Shown here: positions 21,470-29,559 of the stretch, piece by piece
Numbering within the stretch: position 1 is the first letter of the stretch
Layout: each line of letters starts with the position of its first letter
Source: an uncultured Planctomycetota bacterium
GTDB lineage: Bacteria; Planctomycetota; Planctomycetia; Isosphaerales; Isosphaeraceae
Assembly: GCA_963737655.1 (NCBI GenBank)
Contig: CAVTTN010000002.1
Location: 3,200,001 to 3,264,000, forward strand
Length of the DNA: 64,000 bases
Reading direction: 5' to 3'
Program-made: the position numbers and the translations under genes
Notes under the pieces: model-generated
Seen by the model: only the letters and a program-made list of their open reading frames with translations
What the model was told of the DNA's origin: nothing
The model's database searches: none

Positions 21470-21715
21470 CTACGGGCCGAGGGCCTCGGCGACGGCCCGG
21501 ATGAGCGTGTCTTCGTCCGGGAATTTCCCGGTCTTGAGCTTGGAATAGAACAGTTTCCCGCCGACGGTCAGCTCGAAGCATCCCCCCTTCGAGGGGATCA
21601 TCGTGTATCGAGAAATCGCCGTCTTGAACCGGGGCAAGAGCTTCGCCGTCAAACTGACGGCCTGGGGTTCGTAGCCTCAAAGGGCGCAGTATTCGAGCGA
21701 GACGTCCACGATCAT
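21470..21715 (-). CDS. Rdx (SelW/SelT/SelH-like) selenoprotein, 81 aa, UGA codon 13 at 21677-21679
   Basis: MIVDVSLEYCAL-U-GYEPQA...IPSKGGCFELTVGGKLFYSKLKTGKFPDE (CxxU plus GxFEx...SK...FP signatures). Confidence 0.92.
21645..21661 (-). promoter_or_regulatory. Putative bacterial SECIS of the Rdx gene
   Basis: mRNA GCCGUCA-GUU-UGACGGC (7-bp stem, loop starts with G); loop begins 22 nt after the UGA. Confidence 0.75.
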
Positions 21716-21780
21716 CCTCCCGAGATGGACGAGGCTTTCTTGCAAGGTCATGATCATTCTACCCGAGTCCGCCGGGGACG

Positions 21781-22266
21781 TCATCGTCCCGGATTCGCAT
21801 CGACTGAGTCCAGGAGACGATCCAGGCGAATCCGCAGCGATCTTCGGACGGCCAGGGAGGGCGTCGGGGGCGAGGGCGGGTCGGGTGCCCCGGACGACCA
21901 GGGATGCGCCGTCAACCATTCATATTTTTCCGCCATTCGAGACGAATGCTCCTGGAACTGCACGAGCGGCCGGGCCTCGTCTCGCCGTCGGGTCTCCGAA
22001 TCCAGGAATCGCCTCTTCTGATCGGCCGTCCATTCCGGGTCGCAATTGCTGGGTGCCGACAGCAAGTAGAGCTCCAGATCGGTGAAAGGGACCTCTTCGA
22101 GCTGGCGGCGAAACGCCCTTGCCGTCGCCTCGAACCGCGCCGCCCGCCTCCACAGCAGGGCGGGGCCCGCGATCGCGAGCGAGGAGGCGGCCACCAGGAT
22201 CATCGTGCCTCGGCAGGACCAGCGGATCGAGCGCAAGACCCACCTCCGGCCGCGTCTCGGATTCAA
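21781..22266 (-). CDS. Small membrane-anchored hypothetical protein (start uncertain)
   Basis: N-terminal hydrophobic segment; C-terminal HSSRMAEKYEW...HPW...PDPP pattern I associate with Isosphaeraceae small proteins; a TTG overlaps the upstream stop. Confidence 0.55.
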   Translation of the reverse strand: MNPRRGRRWVLRSIRWSCRGTMILVAASSLAIAGPALLWRRAARFEATARAFRRQLEEVPFTDLELYLLSAPSNCDPEWTADQKRRFLDSETRRRDEARPLVQFQEHSSRMAEKYEWLTAHPWSSGAPDPPSPPTPSLAVRRSLRIRLDRLLDSVDANPGR

Positions 22267-23483
22267 GGCGAGGAGGCCACGTCGAGCTCGCCCCGGGGCT
22301 CGACCGGACGGGCGAGGATGGCGGCCTCGGGCGGGGGGTCGGGTGGGGCGAGGACCTCGAACTCGACGAGCGATTCCTTCAGCGAGGGCGCGATCGGGGG
22401 TTGCCAGGCGTAACTCATGAGGTCGGCCCATCGGTGGAGCCCGGGGACCTGCTGGAAGATCAGCTTCATGGCCACGGCGAACGGCATGGCCAGGACCAGC
22501 CCGACCAGCCCCCAGAGGAAGCCCCAGAACAGGCAGGCGATCAGGACGGTCGTCCCGTTCAGGTCGAGCGATCGCCCCATCACGTAGGGCGTGACCACGT
22601 AGCCCTCGATCCCGAGCAGGGCCACGTAGATCGCGGAGACGATCAGGGCGTCTCCGAACGACTTGCCCTGGAGGACCGTGGCGGCCACGGGCACCGCCCC
22701 TCCCAGGAACTGGCCGACGTAGGGGACGAAATTGGTCAACGCCACGAGCCCGCCCTGCGCCAGGGCGAAGCGGATGCCCATCACCCAGAGGCAGGCGGCG
22801 AACACCAGGCCGAGGGCGATATTGATGAGCGTTCTCGCGATCAAATAGGCGCGCAACTGGTGAACCAGGTCCTTCAGGGCGCGTTCGGCGGCGTGGGCGT
22901 CGCCGGGGGCCGGGGCGAAGAACCTCACGACCTTGGGCCCGAGCATCTCGCTCTCGATCAGGAAGAACAGGGCCAGGACCAGGACGACCAGCCCCTGAAC
23001 GACCACGCCCGAGAGGTCGGCCAGCCGGTCCGAGAGGACGCCGATGAGGAACGTGCGATTGCGGTCGCCGAGGAGGTCGATCGTCCCCGGGTCGGGCAGG
23101 ACCCCCCGGAGGAAGGGCATGTCGTTGGAGAGATCGACGATCCTCTGGGAAATCAGCCCGGAGAGGCGGTCGGCGTCGGCCGGGAGGCTGTTGGTGGCCT
23201 TCACCAGGCTCTCGGCCACGATCGCCGAGGAGTAGAGGCCGAGGACCGTCATCACCGTGAACAGGACCACGGCGGCGCCGGTGGCCCCAAGGGGCAAGTA
23301 GCGGCGGAGCAACGACGTGGCCGGCGAGAGCAGGCAGGCCACCAGCAAGGCGAAGAAGAAGGGGACGAGGATGGCCTTCATCAGGTGGATGGCGGCCATC
23401 GAGCCCAGGACCGCCAGGACCACCAGGGCGGTCCCCGCGGCGTCGCTCCGCTTCGATCGATCGTCTCGTCCGCCGATGGGCAC
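22263..23483 (-). CDS. AI-2E (PerM) family transporter
   Basis: ILVPFFFALLVACLLSP, NFVPYVG, IEGYVVTPYVMGRSLDLN, FWGFLWGLVGLVLAMP. Confidence 0.9.
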   Translation of the reverse strand: MPIGGRDDRSKRSDAAGTALVVLAVLGSMAAIHLMKAILVPFFFALLVACLLSPATSLLRRYLPLGATGAAVVLFTVMTVLGLYSSAIVAESLVKATNSLPADADRLSGLISQRIVDLSNDMPFLRGVLPDPGTIDLLGDRNRTFLIGVLSDRLADLSGVVVQGLVVLVLALFFLIESEMLGPKVVRFFAPAPGDAHAAERALKDLVHQLRAYLIARTLINIALGLVFAACLWVMGIRFALAQGGLVALTNFVPYVGQFLGGAVPVAATVLQGKSFGDALIVSAIYVALLGIEGYVVTPYVMGRSLDLNGTTVLIACLFWGFLWGLVGLVLAMPFAVAMKLIFQQVPGLHRWADLMSYAWQPPIAPSLKESLVEFEVLAPPDPPPEAAILARPVEPRGELDVASSP

Positions 23484-23615
23484 GATGGGCTCGCCTCCGG
23501 GCCGAGGAATCCCCGTTTCATGGTCGCGGATGCCACGGCCGATCGCAAGCCCTCCACCGAACTCCGGCGGTCGAGAACGTGATTGCTCGCCATCCCGACG
23601 CTCCCCATTCGTCCT

Positions 23616-24524
23616 TTACGCGGGCGTTTCGACGATATCCGCTCCTGGACGGTCGACTTTACGCTCCGGGGCCCGGCCCGAGGCTCGTTCGAGCCGATCG
23701 GCGGGGGCGAATCGGCGGAGGAGGGCCTTGAGGGTCGATTCGGCGCCGTCCTCGACGTTCGCGTCGGGGTCGATCGGCCCAGGCCAGCCGAGGCGGACGG
23801 TCCATCCGGCGGATTCGGCCGCTCGGTTGAATCGCTCGAGCACGCGAAGTCCCCAGACGGCCCCCCAGTGGTCGCGGAACCAGGCCCAGAGACGAGCCAG
23901 GCCGGGCTCGGCACGCGATTTCCGACCGATCATCGCCGAGAGCCCGGCCAGTGCAAGGCCGGCGGGGACGAAATCCCAGCAGGCCGCTCGGGTCGCCGGA
24001 GGGCGATCGGCCGCGACCAGCCCGAAGAGCTCGCCGAGCAGCCCGACGCCGAGGAACGCCGCCGAGGGGGCGAATCGCGTGGGCAGGTAGTTCACCACCC
24101 CGGCCCCCGCGACCAGGAGAAAGAACAGGTTCCACGGAAACGCCAGGCGGAGGCGGTCGAGGGGGTCCGTGCCCCCCGCCAGCCCGGAGCCTTCGAGCCA
24201 GGGGAGCAGGAACACCAGGACGAGCAATCCCATGAGGATCGCCCACGCGCCCCCTCCGGGCTTCCGGGCCCCGAACACCGAGACCAGGGCCGCCATCGTG
24301 GCGAGCGAGGCGAGGTACGCGAGGTGGCCGGCGACGGGTCGCCCCGTCTTCAGCGGCTCGTTGATCGCCACGACCTCCGCGGCTAGCGAAATTAGGCAAG
24401 CCGCGCCCGCCCAGGCGATCGCGGGGCGGAGGGGGAGTCCGGAGGCGGAGAGCCACGCTCGGACGATCGCGACGAACGCGAGGGCCAGGGCCAGGGCGAT
24501 CGATCCGTGGAGGAGCGTGGACAC
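23616..24524 (-). CDS. Multi-pass membrane hypothetical protein
   Basis: Several TM segments; FGARKPG, NYLPTRF, WFRDHWG motifs. Confidence 0.75.
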   Translation of the reverse strand: MSTLLHGSIALALALAFVAIVRAWLSASGLPLRPAIAWAGAACLISLAAEVVAINEPLKTGRPVAGHLAYLASLATMAALVSVFGARKPGGGAWAILMGLLVLVFLLPWLEGSGLAGGTDPLDRLRLAFPWNLFFLLVAGAGVVNYLPTRFAPSAAFLGVGLLGELFGLVAADRPPATRAACWDFVPAGLALAGLSAMIGRKSRAEPGLARLWAWFRDHWGAVWGLRVLERFNRAAESAGWTVRLGWPGPIDPDANVEDGAESTLKALLRRFAPADRLERASGRAPERKVDRPGADIVETPA

Positions 24525-24564
24525 GACGAGTTTCCGGAGGGCGAACGCGAACCGGCCGTCGCCG

Positions 24565-25671
24565 TCATCGCGACAGGGCGCCTCGCGTGAGGGCCGCCGG
24601 GTCGTTGGCGATCCGTTCGGCGAACCGGTTGATGTTGCCGACGACGGACTTGGCCGACATCATGACTTCCGCGCCTCGGCTGGACATCAATCGCAGATTC
24701 TCATAAAGCTCGGCGTCCATCACGAGCCTCTGGATGGAGCCGTTCGGGTTGAGCCTCCCCTTGCCGTCGCCGAGCTGGGCGGTCAAGAGGCTGAGGTCAT
24801 AGGTCACGCGATTCAGTCGGAAGATCGCCTGGCCGAGGTTCGTCGAGGGGGCCTTGCCGGACTCGGAGCCGAGGTCCCGGGCCACCGGCTGGAAGTCGGC
24901 GAGGATCTTGTCGAGCTTCGAGGTGCCGGAGGCGAGCTGGCGGAGGCTGGCCTGGAGGTTCTGGCGGGTGGGCTCGTCCAGCGTGGCGTTCAGGCTCTCG
25001 CTGGCCTTGCGGATGTTGGCGATGGCGGCGGGGAAGTCGGTCCCGCTGGCCTTGGCCATCTTGGTGAGCTCCTCGGAGAGGCCGCCGACGTTCTGGGCGG
25101 CGTCGTGGATCGAGTCGAGGAAGGCGTCGAGGTTCTTGGTCTTGGCGGCCATCCCGGCGATCCCCTTGGCGGCCTGGTCGATCGAGTCGAGCGTGCCCTT
25201 GACGTTCTGGAACGCCTCGGTGGCGGCGGCCAGGGCGTTGGAGGGGTCCGGGGCGACGGCGCCTTCGATGATCGGCGACTTCCTCGGGTCGTCGCTGGTG
25301 GGCAGGGGGCCGGGGCCCTCGCCCGGGAGCATGTCGATGGAGACGTCGCCGATCAGGGCCCGGGAGATCCTCGGCACCGAGCCGGCGCGGATCGTGTACT
25401 TCTTCTCCAGGGCGAGCGTGACGAGGACGCCGTCGGGCTGGTTCGGCCGGTCGTCGAACCGGATCGACGCGACCTCGCCGATCCGGATCCCGCTCTTGCG
25501 GACCGGGATGCCCTCGGCCACCCCGGGCGCCTCGGAGTAGTGGACCGTCACATACGTCTGGGCCCGGAACAGCGCCGGGCTCTCGCCGAACCAGACGATC
25601 AGCATCGTCAGGACGAGCCCGGCCACGATCACGAACATGCCGATCCGAAACTGCATCACCCGTTCGTTCAT
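24565..25671 (-). CDS. MlaD/MCE family protein with helical extension
   Basis: FRIGMFV anchor; GIPVRKSGIRIGEV MCE motif. Confidence 0.88.
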   Translation of the reverse strand: MNERVMQFRIGMFVIVAGLVLTMLIVWFGESPALFRAQTYVTVHYSEAPGVAEGIPVRKSGIRIGEVASIRFDDRPNQPDGVLVTLALEKKYTIRAGSVPRISRALIGDVSIDMLPGEGPGPLPTSDDPRKSPIIEGAVAPDPSNALAAATEAFQNVKGTLDSIDQAAKGIAGMAAKTKNLDAFLDSIHDAAQNVGGLSEELTKMAKASGTDFPAAIANIRKASESLNATLDEPTRQNLQASLRQLASGTSKLDKILADFQPVARDLGSESGKAPSTNLGQAIFRLNRVTYDLSLLTAQLGDGKGRLNPNGSIQRLVMDAELYENLRLMSSRGAEVMMSAKSVVGNINRFAERIANDPAALTRGALSR

Positions 25672-25759
25672 GTCCGGGCCTCGTGGATTTCCAGGAAGGG
25701 CATGCTACTTGGGGGGGCCTCGCCCGCCCGACACAACCGAGGGTCTCGCCCGCCCGACG

Positions 25760-26593
25760 CTATCGCCGTTGCCCGAGCTCGCGGAGCCTCTCGCCGGCCT
25801 CGCCCCGGACGAACTGGCGGACTCGCCGGTCGGGGTGGTTCTCGAGGTCGTCCGGGGGGCCGTCGTACAACACCTGGGATTCCTCGGGCCCGAGCCGGGG
25901 GACGGGGTAGAGCATCACCACCCGGTCGGCGACCTTGGCCACGGTCTTCATCTCGTGGGTCACGACGATCCCGGTCGTCTTCTTGGCCTTCTGGGTCTGG
26001 AGGATCAGCTCATTGATGACGTCGGTCATGATCGGGTCGAGCCCGGTGGTCGGTTCGTCGTAGAGCATGACCTCGGGGTCCAGCGCCAGGGCCCGCGCGA
26101 TCCCGACTCGCTTGCGCTGGCCCCCGGAGAGCTCGGCCGGCTTCTTGTGCTCGAGGCCATCGGGCAGGCCGACCTCGTGGAGCCGGTCGCCCACGACCTT
26201 GACGATCGTCTCGGGGTCGAACAGGCCGTGCTCCCTCGGCCCGAACGCGACGTTGTCGAAGACCGTGAGGCTGTCGAACAGGGCCGCCCCCTGGAACAGG
26301 AAGCCGAATCGGAGCCGCGTCCGGTTCAGCTCGGCCTCGTTCAGGGAGGCCAGGTCGCGGCCGTCGAAGGCGACCTGCCCGGTCGTGGGCCGGAGCAGGC
26401 CGATCATCAATTTCAGCATGACGGTCTTGCCGCAGCCGCTCTCGCCGATGATGCAGACGGTCTGTCCCGGGTCGATCGCCAGCGAGACGTCTCGGAGGAC
26501 GATCTGACGGCGGAATCGCATCGTCACGCCGCGCAGCTCGACGATCGGCCCGGCCGATCGCTCGGTCCGGGGGGGGGCCGGCGATTCGCTCAT
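25760..26593 (-). CDS. MlaF-like ABC ATPase
   Basis: GESGCGKT, FQGAALFDSL, LSGGQRKRVGIARA, YDEPTTGLDP; ATGA overlap with the permease. Confidence 0.92.
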   Translation of the reverse strand: MSESPAPPRTERSAGPIVELRGVTMRFRRQIVLRDVSLAIDPGQTVCIIGESGCGKTVMLKLMIGLLRPTTGQVAFDGRDLASLNEAELNRTRLRFGFLFQGAALFDSLTVFDNVAFGPREHGLFDPETIVKVVGDRLHEVGLPDGLEHKKPAELSGGQRKRVGIARALALDPEVMLYDEPTTGLDPIMTDVINELILQTQKAKKTTGIVVTHEMKTVAKVADRVVMLYPVPRLGPEESQVLYDGPPDDLENHPDRRVRQFVRGEAGERLRELGQRR

Positions 26594-27429
26594 AGCAACC
26601 CGGTGTTTCGAGGCCAGATCGCGTAATAGACCGAATTCCAGACCAGGCCGATGCAGAAGTCGATGAAGAGGATCGCGATGAACGAGTAGACGAACGCCTC
26701 GGTCGCCGCCTTGCCCACCCCTTCGGCCCCGGCCTTGGAGTGGAACCCGCGATGGCACGAGATCAACGCAATCGCCGCGCCAAAGAAGTAGCTCTTGAAC
26801 ACCCCGGCGAACAGGTCCAGGCTGCCGACGTAGCTCCGCGAGTTGTTCCAGTAATGATACGGATCGACGCCCATCATCTGGGTGCTCACCACCGCCCCGC
26901 CGATCACGCCCATGAAGTCGGCCATCAGGGTGAGCAAGGGGATCAAGGTCACGCACGCCAGGAATCGCGGGACGACGAGGTAGCGGACGGGGTTCGTGCC
27001 CAGGGCGCTCAGGGCGTCGATCTGCTCGGTGACTCGCATGGTGCCGAGCTCGGCGGCCATCGACGACCCGACCCGGCCGGCGAGCATCGTCGCGGCGAGG
27101 ACCGGCCCCAGCTCCTTCACGAGCGAGATATTGATGACCGATCCCAGCCGGGTGGCCATCCCCATAGCGGCGAACTGGCTGTAGGCCTGGACCGCCAGGA
27201 CCATCCCGATGAACGTCCCGGTGATCGCCACGACCGGCACGCTGGACACCCCGATGGCATAGAAGCTTGGGAGCATCGTGGACCAACGAGGCAGCTTCCT
27301 GACCATCCAGCCGAGCGTTTCCAGGCTGAACATGGCCATCGCGCCGATCTCGACGACGGCCTCGAATACTCCCTCGCCCAATTTCTGGATCGGGCTCAGG
27401 CCGGGCGATTCGAGCGATCCCACGGCCAT
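26590..27429 (-). CDS. MlaE-like ABC permease
   Basis: KELGPVLAATMLAGRVGSSMAAELGTMRVTEQIDAL, YLVVPRF, GAEGVGKAAT. Confidence 0.93.
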   Translation of the reverse strand: MAVGSLESPGLSPIQKLGEGVFEAVVEIGAMAMFSLETLGWMVRKLPRWSTMLPSFYAIGVSSVPVVAITGTFIGMVLAVQAYSQFAAMGMATRLGSVINISLVKELGPVLAATMLAGRVGSSMAAELGTMRVTEQIDALSALGTNPVRYLVVPRFLACVTLIPLLTLMADFMGVIGGAVVSTQMMGVDPYHYWNNSRSYVGSLDLFAGVFKSYFFGAAIALISCHRGFHSKAGAEGVGKAATEAFVYSFIAILFIDFCIGLVWNSVYYAIWPRNTGLL

Positions 27430-27558
27430 TTTGATCGAGGCTCCGCGCAAGTGATACTGACTACTATCCCGACCATGTCGGGAGGGTCGATTCTCCGTTA
27501 TTCTCAACAGATCCCGAAAAAAGGCAAGGCCGATCGATCGCGGTCGAAGGGGAGTGAC

Positions 27559-29175
27559 GTCTCACAAGCACCAACTCCGAAGAGTTGTGGGTTGCCCGGT
27601 TCCCATCGACGCTCACCAGGGTACGCATCTTCAGTAAACAACGTTAATTACTGGACCAGGTCAACTCACATGACACAATTATCCGCATCTATGTTCTACC
27701 AAGTTCCTGAATTTGTTGGAACAAATGGTAAATTCGCTTTACCTCTTCTTCCTCCCTTGATGCTTAATTGGCGGCATACTGAATACGCCGCGTCGCCTTA
27801 TCCACTCGATGATGGCCGCTTGTGTAATTTGGTACAACTCGCGGCAAGCCTGATCGAAAGTGGGGTCTTGAAAGCTGGACATCAACGAATGTCGGATGAA
27901 TTCTGAGCCTCGGAAGTCACCCCGATGAAAATGGGCATTACGAACCGCTTGAGGCCGGAACCACGGTTGTTGCAGTTGATCCGCGATCGACTTTCCCAAC
28001 AAGGCGTCTATGACATGATAAATGTTGTGCTTGTCAAACTTCGGGTCTGGGGGCTTGAGGCATTCGCACGTTGCGACCATCCAAGCAAACCGCGCCGTCT
28101 GGTAATCCTGCTTAAGCGAGAGAGCCAATTGCCACATACTGGCAGCCTGAAGAAATTGCCGTCGTTGCGTGGGAGACAATTCTCTAAAGCCTCGCCAAAG
28201 GTCTAAAATGTCCATGGGAAGATGCAATTCAAGCTGAGTTCCATCGATACCTCTCCGCGAGTATTCTGGCCGGGACACGGGTTCGAGGGGAACCGGATGA
28301 AAGACGCCCTTAGCCGGCATCACGTCTGGCCGCTCCTTCTCAAAGTATCCAAGCCATCGAATTTCACATTCAACACGGCCCGGTGAATTGGCATCATACG
28401 TCCAAGCACGATCAATAAATGTCGGAGAATTAATTTGTGTTCCCATGATAACTGCCAGAAATGTGGCCAATTCATCCAAGACAAGTTTGAATTTAAAGGC
28501 CGCGTAGATTTCATCAATGCCGTTAATGGATGCATCGACTAAGACGATTCGCGGTCCGATCAAGGCGGTTTCGTCTTGCTTGGATGGCGGCCCTAGTCTC
28601 AGCCAGTCTTCTAGCCACAATTCGCCACGCCAAGCAAGTCCCTCATAGGAGAGATGCCCTGCGCGATGGAACTGCTCCATGAAACGCGCCGCGCTGCGTT
28701 CATTGATCACTTGGAAAAAGTCGTTGGCTTGGTCCGAGGGAAACTCTGGCGTTCCAACAGACCGAGCCCGGATCTTGATCGGTCCCTGAGGATTCCGCTC
28801 CCATGCAAGGGCCAACTGCGGTTGACCTGGGCCGCCCGAACTGATCGTGAGGCTTCCGCTATTCTCCGCCGCATCCAGCTGGGTGCTTCCCCAATAACGC
28901 CAACCCCGCCTACCGCACTCTGCAGAGAGATGCTCTAACCAGGTTTCGGCCTGATCGTCAGGAACTTCAAAGCGGATTGGCCAATAGCCGGACTCGAGAC
29001 GCCAGTCATGGACTTGCGCCATTCCGCCGGTCCCATCGGCGACCATGAAGGTTGACTTGCTTTTTGCCTTTGCCATGTGTCCAACACATCCTCTGCCTGA
29101 TTAATAATTAAACTATATTTTGATATGATTTATATTATAAAATACGTATAATAATAATATAATTAGAATGTCTCA
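27559..29175. mobile_element. Low-GC single-gene insert bracketed by a GTCTCA direct repeat
   Basis: Abrupt composition change; GTCTCA at 27559-27564 and 29170-29175; no integrase or transposase. Confidence 0.5.
27739..29076 (-). CDS. Uncharacterised protein with a C-terminal HEPN-like domain
   Basis: 445 aa; C-terminal helical region with ATCECL and RNAHFH (R-x4-H, 27925-27942); atypical codon usage. Confidence 0.7.
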   Translation of the reverse strand: MAKAKSKSTFMVADGTGGMAQVHDWRLESGYWPIRFEVPDDQAETWLEHLSAECGRRGWRYWGSTQLDAAENSGSLTISSGGPGQPQLALAWERNPQGPIKIRARSVGTPEFPSDQANDFFQVINERSAARFMEQFHRAGHLSYEGLAWRGELWLEDWLRLGPPSKQDETALIGPRIVLVDASINGIDEIYAAFKFKLVLDELATFLAVIMGTQINSPTFIDRAWTYDANSPGRVECEIRWLGYFEKERPDVMPAKGVFHPVPLEPVSRPEYSRRGIDGTQLELHLPMDILDLWRGFRELSPTQRRQFLQAASMWQLALSLKQDYQTARFAWMVATCECLKPPDPKFDKHNIYHVIDALLGKSIADQLQQPWFRPQAVRNAHFHRGDFRGSEFIRHSLMSSFQDPTFDQACRELYQITQAAIIEWIRRRGVFSMPPIKHQGRKKR

Positions 29176-29466
29176 GTCTCCTTTGTTCAGATCGACGCCG
29201 AAGTCGTCGGGCATAGGGCGGGACCACCACTCTCGGAGTCTCATGGCGTGTTGAACGATCTCGTCGAGCAGTTCGGCATCCTCCTGCATGGCCCCGATGC
29301 TGCCCATCCCGCCGTTCGCCGCGGGGTCTCCCTCGAACTTCGGCCGGTCCGTCGAGAGGAAGAATCGGACGGCTTCGGCGGCGGCCTCGTCGAGCGAGGC
29401 GAACTCGCCCCGATCGACTCGGAGCTTGAGGCCGAACTCCAGGTTCGGGGGCAATTCGATGGGCAT
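29173..29466 (-). CDS. Ribbon-helix-helix (ParD/CopG-like) antitoxin-like protein
   Basis: MPIELPPNLEFGLKLRVDRGEFASLDEAAAEAVRFF resembles the N-terminus of Arc/MetJ-type antidotes; acidic C-terminus. Confidence 0.6.
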   Translation of the reverse strand: MPIELPPNLEFGLKLRVDRGEFASLDEAAAEAVRFFLSTDRPKFEGDPAANGGMGSIGAMQEDAELLDEIVQHAMRLREWWSRPMPDDFGVDLNKGD

Positions 29467-29559
29467 TTCGGGTCCTCCTCGATCTCGGCCCGGACGTCGA
29501 GGCGGGCAGGCTGCCGTGGTCGCGGCGCCTGCCCGCCTCGAAAATCGATGATCGCCGGC

